Shown piece after piece: positions 8,160 through 14,444 of a stretch of DNA of 15,972 nt (position 1 is the stretch's first letter; every line of letters begins with the position of its first letter). Below the pieces are notes generated by a model, which saw nothing but the letters and a program-made list of their open reading frames with translations, did no database searches and was not told the origin of the DNA. The stretch lies in NCBI GenBank assembly GCA_038878295.1, contig JAVZVY010000018.1:1-15972 (forward strand), in the 5' to 3' direction. The DNA comes from Candidatus Micrarchaeaceae archaeon. GTDB lineage: Archaea; Micrarchaeota; Micrarchaeia; Micrarchaeales; CABMGC01. The position numbers and the translations under genes were made by a program.

Positions 8160-10091
8160 TTATATGTCAAGGACCTTTACTTCGCCAGAATGCTCTTCCA
8201 GGAATTTCCTCCTTTCCGAAACATCTACGCCCATGAGTATAGTAAATAGCCTGTCTGCCATTTCGGCATCTTTTATTGTGACCTGTTTTAAGATACGCCT
8301 TTCAGGATCCATCGTAGTTTCCCATAGCTGCTCGGGGTTCATTTCGCCAAGCCCCTTGTATCTCTGAAGTTCCACGCCATCGCCGAGCTCCTTCATTTTT
8401 TCATTCAACTCTGAATCATTGTAGCAGTAGAATACGGATTTGCCTTTCTTCAGCTTATACAGAGGCGGCTGCGCCAGATAAACATATCCTGCCTCTATTA
8501 TTTTCTTCATGTATCTGTAGAAGAAGGTAAGCAGCAATGTTTTTATGTGGCTTCCATCTACATCTGCATCACTCATTATGATTATTTTCTTGTATCTCAG
8601 CGCGTCTATGTTGAAATTATCGCCCATTCCGGCGCCGAGAGCTGTGACTATGAGATGCAGATACTCGCTGTTGAATATTTTTTCATCGCTCGCCTTCTCA
8701 ACGTTGAGTATTTTGCCTCTGAGCGGCAGTATTGCCTGCGTGTTTCTGTCTCTTGCTTGTTTGCTTGAGCCGCCGGCGCTTTCTCCCTCAACTATGAAAA
8801 GCTCGGTTTTGTCAGGATCAGAGTAGATGCAATCGGCCAGCTTGCCTGGAAGAATCGCGCCTTCAAAGATGTTTTTCTTCCTTGCCAGTTCCCTGGCTTT
8901 GCGCGCGCTTTCCCTCGCCACCGCGGCGTTTAGGACTTTTTCGGCTATAGCTCTTGCTGATGAGGGATGCTCTTCGAAATAGGTTGAAAGCTCATTGTAA
9001 ACTATGTTTTCCACAGCACTCTTGACTTCGATGTTGCCGAGTTTTTCCTTGGTTTGGCCCTCGAATTCGGGGTTTGGAATCAACACACTAAGCACGGCTG
9101 TGAGGCCTTCGCGTACGTCGCTACCGTCTATCTTAATCTCCTCCTTTTCTTTCTTGTTTTTGCCGTTGTGATTCCTTGATTTTGAGATATATGATACCAC
9201 CGCGCGCGTCAATGCCGAATGGAAGCCAGTGACGTGGGTGCCACCTTCAAAAGTTATAATGTTGTTTACGAATGAAAGCAGCTTTTCGTCATAAGAATCG
9301 TTGTACTGCATAGAAAATTCAACTATCACTCTATCTGCAGTTTTTCTCGAGTATATTATGTCTGATATTGCTTTCTTACCTTTGTTCAATTCTTCTACTA
9401 GCTCAGGTATGCCTCGAACCGACAGATATTGCTTTTCTTCGTGGGTGCCGAATCTGTCGTCTATGAAAGTGATTCTGATGTTTGGATTTAGGTAGCTCGT
9501 GTATTCGAGCCTCAGCTTTATCTGCTCGGAATCAAAGCGCGGCACGTGGAAAATCTCGGGATCGGGTTTGAATTTTATTTTTGTGCCAGTGCTGCTGCTT
9601 TCTCCAGAAATCTGGAGTTGCGTTACGGGCTTGCCGCGTTCGAACCTTTGGGTGTATATCTTGCCATCGCGCATGACTGTAACTTCAGTATATTCAGATA
9701 ACGCATTCACTACAGTGAGGCCAACTCCGTGCAATCCACCAGATATTTTGTATACGTTGTTGTCAAATTTTGCTCCAGAATGCAGCGTGGTCATTATTAT
9801 TTCGAGCGCGCTTTTGTTAAATTTTGGCATTATGTCAACAGGAATTCCGCGGCCATCATCGCTTACCTCAGCTATATCGCTGGTTTCGTCCTGAGTCAGG
9901 TGCACTGTTATGTTTTTGCAGTAGCCTGCCATGGCCTCATCTACAGCGTTATCAACAACTTCAGAAAGAAGATGCAGAACGCCTTCTACCGATGTTGAGC
10001 CTATGTACATGGCTGGCCTTTTCCTTATACCTTCGGCGCCTTCAAGAACAACTATTTTTGATGCTGTGTACTCATCCTTGTCATTTTGCAT
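8160..10091 (-). CDS. gyrB: DNA gyrase subunit B
   Basis: IRKRPAMYIGS, EVVDNAVDE, DDGRGIP, SGGLHGVG, FEGQTKEKL, TOPRIM motifs VEGESAGGS / PLRGKILN / DADVDGSHI, and RYKGLGEMNPEQLWETTM. Confidence 0.97.
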   Translation of the reverse strand: MQNDKDEYTASKIVVLEGAEGIRKRPAMYIGSTSVEGVLHLLSEVVDNAVDEAMAGYCKNITVHLTQDETSDIAEVSDDGRGIPVDIMPKFNKSALEIIMTTLHSGAKFDNNVYKISGGLHGVGLTVVNALSEYTEVTVMRDGKIYTQRFERGKPVTQLQISGESSSTGTKIKFKPDPEIFHVPRFDSEQIKLRLEYTSYLNPNIRITFIDDRFGTHEEKQYLSVRGIPELVEELNKGKKAISDIIYSRKTADRVIVEFSMQYNDSYDEKLLSFVNNIITFEGGTHVTGFHSALTRAVVSYISKSRNHNGKNKKEKEEIKIDGSDVREGLTAVLSVLIPNPEFEGQTKEKLGNIEVKSAVENIVYNELSTYFEEHPSSARAIAEKVLNAAVARESARKARELARKKNIFEGAILPGKLADCIYSDPDKTELFIVEGESAGGSSKQARDRNTQAILPLRGKILNVEKASDEKIFNSEYLHLIVTALGAGMGDNFNIDALRYKKIIIMSDADVDGSHIKTLLLTFFYRYMKKIIEAGYVYLAQPPLYKLKKGKSVFYCYNDSELNEKMKELGDGVELQRYKGLGEMNPEQLWETTMDPERRILKQVTIKDAEMADRLFTILMGVDVSERRKFLEEHSGEVKVLDI

Positions 10092-10128
10092 CGTACCAAC
10101 TGCTGGTCAAAATTATATGGAATTTAAC

Positions 10129-10146
10129 TATTAAAAACCTTTTTTA
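10129..10146 (-). promoter_or_regulatory. Putative BRE-TATA promoter of gyrBA
   Basis: The minus strand reads AAAAAAAGG-TTTTTAATA (purine run then TATA-like box), with the box starting about 46 nt before the gyrB ATG. Confidence 0.45.
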
Positions 10147-10292
10147 TAGCGCTTTGATTGGCGCTGGCGATTAGCATTTTTCGCCTTTCCGCGGCTTGCT
10201 GAGCTGAGGATGCTCCGGCGCTTTTTATGTGGATTCACACTGATTTTTGTTAGCTTTATCTATTTTTCCAGCACATAGGAATTTGTGGTTGA

Positions 10293-11615
10293 ATGCGCAA
10301 GCGAGTGCTGATACTTGGTGCGGCCGGTAGAGACTTTCACGATTTCAACATGCTTTTTAGGGACAACGAAAGCTTCGAAGTGGTAGGTTTTACTGCAAAT
10401 CAGATACCTTTCATTGCGGATAGGATGTATCCGAAAGAACTTTCTGGAACGCTTTACAAAAATGGAATAAAAATATATGAAGAAAAAGAGTTAAGCAGCA
10501 TAATAAAGAAGGAGAAGGTAGATGTGTGTGTCTTGGCTTACAGCGATCTGCCATATAACGCAGTGATGCACAAAGCAAGCATAGCGAATGCGAGCGGCGC
10601 TGATTTTTGGCTCGTGGCTCCGGAACAGGCTATGCTAAAATCAACTAAGCCGGTTATAGCTGTATGCGCAGTAAGAACAGGCAGCGGAAAAAGCCAAACT
10701 TCAAGGTATATTGCAGAGTTAGTGAAGAAAAACGGCAAGAAACCGGTCGTTATAAGGCATCCGATGCCGTATGGAGACCTTAAGAAGCAGATCGTAGAAA
10801 GGTTCGCTACCATCAAAGATTTGGACAAGTACAATTGCACTATAGAGGAAAGGGAGGATTATGAGCCACATCTTATAAACAAGACTGTGGTATATGCAGG
10901 GGTGGATTACGAAAAAATACTGAGACTTGCTGAGAAGGAGGCCGATGTAATAATATGGGACGGAGGCAACAATGACGCCCCTTTCATAAAGCCCGACCTG
11001 TTCATAACAGTAGCAGATCCGCTACGCGCAGGAAATGAGCTCACTTATTATCCTGGCGAAACTGTAGCCAGATTGGCCGATGTGTTGATAATAAACAAGG
11101 TAAATTCCGCGTCTGAGATAGAGATTAAGGACCTGAAAGAAAATTTGAAAAGTATAAATCCAAAGGCGAAGATTCTGCTTGCGGATTCGTTGATAAAAGT
11201 GGATAACGCAAACATGATAAAGGACAAAAAAGTGCTTGTTATAGAGGATGGTCCGACAGTCACGCATGGTGGGATGGCATTTGGTGCAGCGACAGTGGCT
11301 GCGAAAAACTTTGGCGCGGCTGAGATAGTAGATGCAAAAAAGTATGCTGTGGGCAGCATAAAAGAAGCATATGAGAAGTATCCACAGCTTGATAGGATAT
11401 TGCCGGCCTTAGGTTACAGCAAAAAACAGATAAAGGAGCTTGAAGAAACGATAAATAAGGCAGAATGTGATAGTGTGGTCTCGGCGACTCCTACAGACTT
11501 GAAGCATATATTGAATGCAAACAAACCGATAGTGCATGTTTCCTACGAACTGCAACCTAAAACGGACGAGCTGAGGGAGATTATTAATAATTTTGTTAGG
11601 CAAAGTGTTAAGTAG
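10293..11615 (+). CDS. COG2403 P-loop NTPase (often annotated GTPase or cyclic 2,3-diphosphoglycerate synthetase-like); probable arginine synthetase ArcE homolog
   Basis: Family signatures ILGAAGRDFHDFN, TANQIP, AVRTGSGKSQ (P-loop), IRHPMPYG, CTIEEREDYEPH, WDGGNND, EDGPTVTHGGM and LPALGYS; 440 aa. Confidence 0.8.
   Translation: MRKRVLILGAAGRDFHDFNMLFRDNESFEVVGFTANQIPFIADRMYPKELSGTLYKNGIKIYEEKELSSIIKKEKVDVCVLAYSDLPYNAVMHKASIANASGADFWLVAPEQAMLKSTKPVIAVCAVRTGSGKSQTSRYIAELVKKNGKKPVVIRHPMPYGDLKKQIVERFATIKDLDKYNCTIEEREDYEPHLINKTVVYAGVDYEKILRLAEKEADVIIWDGGNNDAPFIKPDLFITVADPLRAGNELTYYPGETVARLADVLIINKVNSASEIEIKDLKENLKSINPKAKILLADSLIKVDNANMIKDKKVLVIEDGPTVTHGGMAFGAATVAAKNFGAAEIVDAKKYAVGSIKEAYEKYPQLDRILPALGYSKKQIKELEETINKAECDSVVSATPTDLKHILNANKPIVHVSYELQPKTDELREIINNFVRQSVK
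11581..11591 (+). promoter_or_regulatory. Putative TATA box for tRNA-Lys, embedded in the 3' end of the upstream CDS
   Basis: TTATTAATAAT; the TTAATAAT sub-box starts 31 nt before tRNA position 1, the same spacing as at the other two tRNAs. Confidence 0.4.
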
Positions 11616-11689
11616 GGCCCATAACTCAGCATGGTCAGAGTGGCTGGCTCTTAACCAGTAAGTCAGGGGTTCAAATCCCCTTGGGCCCG
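11615..11689 (+). tRNA. tRNA-Lys (anticodon CTT), no intron, CCA not encoded
   Basis: Cloverleaf: GGGCCCA/TGGGCCC acceptor, ACTC/GAGT D-stem, GCTGG-CTCTTAA-CCAGT anticodon arm, AGGGG-TTCAAAT-CCCCT T-arm, discriminator G. Confidence 0.96.
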
Positions 11690-11748
11690 CTTCGTGTGCG
11701 ATCTCAGAAGGCTCAGAGCTTATTTATCTGTGTATTCTGATTCCTAGA

Positions 11749-11790
11749 GTGAACTACCACGCCCTTACGGACGGGCCTCTGCCTCGTCAG
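11749..11790 (-). mobile_element. Orphan IS200/IS605-family right end (subterminal hairpin plus TCAC terminus); remnant or non-autonomous element
   Basis: The minus strand reads GAGGCAGAGGCCCGTCC-GTAA-GGGCGTGGTAGTTCAC, closely matching the recalled archaeal tnpB/IS605 right-end pattern GAAGCCCCGTCCGTAAGGGCGGGGTAGTTCAC. No tnpA or tnpB ORF in the window. Confidence 0.7.
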
Positions 11791-11883
11791 TTGGCAAAGT
11801 GCAAAGCAATTTTGGTAGCTGGTTAAAGGAGACGCGTTACAAAAACGCGAATTTAATTAAACAAATTTTAAAAATACAGAATA

Positions 11884-11891
11884 TTTAAATA
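11884..11891 (+). promoter_or_regulatory. Putative TATA box upstream of tfe
   Basis: TTTAAATA preceded by a purine-rich run (AAAATACAGAA). Confidence 0.5.
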
Positions 11892-11945
11892 CAAAAGGGT
11901 GCATAGATATATGTGCAAAGAAGCCGCCCATAAGAAGATGATTGT

Positions 11946-12656
11946 ATGAATAATGTTAAGAAACTGTTACCTCAAAAACGTATGGCTGTTAGAAATGTCA
12001 GAACAAAGACGGTGATTAGAAAAAATACGCGCAGTCATCCAGCAAAAAAGGGTGCTGCAAGGGGCAGGATCACTTCTACTAAAGCCCACGCTAGAGTAAA
12101 TGAGAAGCAGGCCAAAACGCAGAGTGTAAATAAGGTATTGCTTTCTAGGATAGCTACTGCAGAAGAAATCGAAAGGGTTATTAAAGACAATAATTTTTCG
12201 AATTATGTTGTTAAAAATTCCGGCAAAAAGAGCATCGACGTGATTAAGGCATTGGTAACTCCACAGACAGATGAAGATATTGCTGCAAAATCTGGTATAA
12301 AGATAAACGAAGTTAGAAGGATACTCAACGATTTCAATAAGTTTGGATTTGCGCGGTATAATACGCATAAAGACGGCAAGGGTTGGCTGACCTTTGTTTG
12401 GTATGTAGATGGCGATAAGCTGAATGAATTTACTAACACAATACATGCTCCAACTGAAGAGCTTGGCTTCAAACTGCAAGAGATGTGCGACGACTTTTTT
12501 ATCTGCGAAAAATGCTATAAAGAGCAAAAGACTATTTTGCCTTTCGATGCTGCGGCCGAAGCTAATTTCAGATGCGACGTATGCGGAAAGATGCTTACTA
12601 GAATAAGCAGAGAAAGCGCAGAAAGACTTATTTCGGCTTCTAGGGAATCGGAATAA
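11946..12656 (+). CDS. tfe: Transcription factor E alpha subunit with a basic N-terminal extension
   Basis: wHTH TDEDIAAKSGIKINEVRRILNDF...KDGKGWLTFVW and Zn-ribbon FICEKC...FDAAAEANFRCDVCGKML, characteristic of TFE/TFIIE-alpha. Confidence 0.9.
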   Translation: MNNVKKLLPQKRMAVRNVRTKTVIRKNTRSHPAKKGAARGRITSTKAHARVNEKQAKTQSVNKVLLSRIATAEEIERVIKDNNFSNYVVKNSGKKSIDVIKALVTPQTDEDIAAKSGIKINEVRRILNDFNKFGFARYNTHKDGKGWLTFVWYVDGDKLNEFTNTIHAPTEELGFKLQEMCDDFFICEKCYKEQKTILPFDAAAEANFRCDVCGKMLTRISRESAERLISASRESE

Positions 12657-12671
12657 ATTCGACAGTAGTTT

Positions 12672-12679
12672 TTTATAAA
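12672..12679 (+). promoter_or_regulatory. TATA box for initiator tRNA-Met
   Basis: TTTATAAA starting 31 nt before tRNA position 1. Confidence 0.65.
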
Positions 12680-12702
12680 AGCGTGTGATAATATACTCAC
12701 AT

Positions 12703-12777
12703 AGCGAGGTAGGGTAGCATGGAGTGCCCGCCGGGCTCATAACCCGGAGAACGGTGGTTCAAATCCACCCCTCGCTA
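12703..12777 (+). tRNA. Initiator tRNA-Met (anticodon CAT), no intron, CCA not encoded
   Basis: AGCGAGG/CCTCGCT acceptor with A1-U72; CCGGG-CTCATAA-CCCGG anticodon arm with three consecutive G-C pairs (initiator hallmarks); GGTGG-TTCAAAT-CCACC T-arm. Confidence 0.96.
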
Positions 12778-12906
12778 TACACCCCACAATTCCGGTAAAC
12801 TTGTTTCAGTAATCTTTTTGACATGTATAGTATATAATATATTAAAAGAGATTTTCCATATGATATATAATATAAGCAAACCGAATAGTGGAACTGTAGG
12901 GGGTAT
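12777..12906. repeat. 17-bp imperfect inverted repeats flanking an AT-rich core that contains an 11-bp direct repeat
   Basis: ATACACCCCACAATTCC (12777-12793) matches the reverse complement of GGAACTGTAGGGGGTAT (12890-12906) at 14/17 positions, ungapped. TATATAATATA occurs at 12831-12841 and 12864-12874. Confidence 0.6.
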
Positions 12907-12911
12907 GGCTT

Positions 12912-13391
12912 ATGGACGAAGTGAATTTCGAAACCCTTTCAGAAAAGATAAACGAAGAGAAAAAAACAGGCGAAATACTCCCTATCCAGAAAGATTTTTA
13001 TATGCGAGCAGAACAATATCTATCCTTGCTTGATAAAGAAAGCAGCAACGAAATCGTAGCGTTGCAGGCGCAGAATTTCAGAAAGCTCTTGCGGTCACTA
13101 AAAGAGAGGCGGATTCAAAAAATATTAATATATCTGGCATACAACAAAAAAATCACAACAATGCTTGCAGACGAAGAGGCAGAAATGTACAAGGCTATTA
13201 AAAAACTTATCGACGAAGCAACCGATGGAGCAGAAAAGGCCAAAAAAATAAAGATTATCACAAATACCCCTGAAATACTGATGCCTGACGGCAGCAAGAT
13301 AGGCCCTTTTACACAGAACCAAATAATAGAAACTGACAATCAAGCAGAGCTCGAGTTTATACTTAAGAATAAAATCGGCGAAGAGATCTGA
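12912..13391 (+). CDS. ginS: DNA replication complex GINS subunit (Gins51/Gins15 type)
   Basis: Helical A-domain EEKKTGEILPIQKDFY...ERRIQKIL...LADEEAEMY followed by a beta B-domain KIKIITNTPEILMPDGSKIGPF; canonical position upstream of rpl44e. Confidence 0.85.
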   Translation: MDEVNFETLSEKINEEKKTGEILPIQKDFYMRAEQYLSLLDKESSNEIVALQAQNFRKLLRSLKERRIQKILIYLAYNKKITTMLADEEAEMYKAIKKLIDEATDGAEKAKKIKIITNTPEILMPDGSKIGPFTQNQIIETDNQAELEFILKNKIGEEI

Positions 13392-13395
13392 TAGT

Positions 13396-13677
13396 ATGAA
13401 AATTCCGAAAGAAATTACCACATACTGCCCATATTGTAACAAGCATACTCCACATACTGTAAGTCTATACTCAAAGAAAGGCGAGAGATGGATGAATATA
13501 GGGCGGCGCAGGCACGAGAGGGCGATAAAAGGTATAGTAGGAAGCGTAGAGCACAGAATACATCCAAAAAAATTAGGCAAAAAGCAGAAGCTAATCTTGA
13601 AATGCAAAGTGTGCGGAAAGAGCATAGAGAGAGTAGTAGGTAAGAGGGCTAAAGCAAAAATAGAAATAGGTCGTTGA
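13396..13677 (+). CDS. rpl44e: 50S ribosomal protein L44e (eL42)
   Basis: MKIPKEITTYCPYCNKHTPHTV...LKCKVCGKS zinc finger; basic; 93 aa. Confidence 0.95.
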   Translation: MKIPKEITTYCPYCNKHTPHTVSLYSKKGERWMNIGRRRHERAIKGIVGSVEHRIHPKKLGKKQKLILKCKVCGKSIERVVGKRAKAKIEIGR

Positions 13678-13682
13678 GGAAG

Positions 13683-14444
13683 ATGATCAAGCAAAAAAAC
13701 ATGCCTGATGTAAATGAAATAGTTCTTGCAAGAATAAAAAAAATAATGCCGTTCGGCGCATACTGCGATCTGGTAGAATACCCTCTTGAAGCTTTTCTTC
13801 CAATAAAAGAAGTGTCTTCAGGCTGGGTCAAGAACATACACGAATTCATAAAGGAAGGGCGCGAGGAAGTTGCAAAGGTAATATATGTCGATCCCAGCAA
13901 ACGCGCAGTTGACATATCCCTCAAAAAGGTCAGCAAGAGAGAGCAGAAAGACAAGATAAATGATTATAATCTCGAGAAGAGATCAGAAAGCATATTCAAC
14001 CAAGCCCTCAAGGCTTCAAACAAGCTAAATGAAAGGGACCAGATACTAGAGAAAATCTCCCAAAAATTCAGCACCTACACAGACCTTATTCTTAGCATCT
14101 CTAGAGACGAGGGCGTGCTCAACGAGTTACAACTCGATCCCAAATTCAAAGATGCATTAATCGAAATCGTTTCAAAGAGCATAAAACCTAGGGTATACAA
14201 AGTTGCATATACTATCGAGCTCAACCAAGACACCGCTTCCATAGATATGATAAAGAAAGCGTTTCTTGAGGTGGAAGCATCCGGCGCAGAGGTAAGATAT
14301 CTCGGTTCGCCTAGATACAAGGTGCTAGCGTCTGGCGAAAGCTACCCTGAAGCCGAAGAAAAGATAAAAAAAGCAACAGAGGCACTCAGAAAATATTTCG
14401 GCGAAGGATTTAAGATCGCTAAAGACAAAGGTGTATCTGAATGA
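13683..14444 (+). CDS. eif2a: Translation initiation factor 2 alpha subunit (aIF2-alpha)
   Basis: S1 domain PDVNEIVLARIKKIMPFGAYCDLVEY...EVSSGWVKNI...VDISLKKV and C-terminal YLGSPRYKV. ATG 13683, after GAGGA, is preferred over TTG 13674. Confidence 0.93.
   Translation: MIKQKNMPDVNEIVLARIKKIMPFGAYCDLVEYPLEAFLPIKEVSSGWVKNIHEFIKEGREEVAKVIYVDPSKRAVDISLKKVSKREQKDKINDYNLEKRSESIFNQALKASNKLNERDQILEKISQKFSTYTDLILSISRDEGVLNELQLDPKFKDALIEIVSKSIKPRVYKVAYTIELNQDTASIDMIKKAFLEVEASGAEVRYLGSPRYKVLASGESYPEAEEKIKKATEALRKYFGEGFKIAKDKGVSE

Noticed and set aside
5712..10091. Possible topoisomerase IV (parC/parE) identity, or inteins in gyrase or Lhr
   Set aside because: The GyrA box and full C-terminal domain are present; protein lengths are normal with no intein-sized insertions.
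10199..10243. CTGA-GC-TGAGGA...CTGA as a possible C/D box sRNA
   Set aside because: No convincing RUGAUGA C box, and the C'-to-D spacing (about 29 nt) is much longer than usual.
12639..12655. TCTAGGGAATCGGAATA at the tfe 3' end resembles the putative omegaRNA guide TCTAGGAATCAGAATA
   Set aside because: It needs one gap and one mismatch in 17 nt, with the gap in the would-be seed, and the 5' flank (CGGCT) is not an AT-rich TAM. Plausibly chance in a 16-kb window.
11967..12740. 257-aa minus-strand ORF lying upstream of the IS605-like end, considered as a tnpB remnant
   Set aside because: It is antisense to tfe and tRNA-Met and has no RuvC or Zn-finger motifs of TnpB.
12818..13033. 71-aa plus-strand ORF across the AT-rich spacer
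   Set aside because: TTG start in promoter-like DNA and out-of-frame overlap with ginS.
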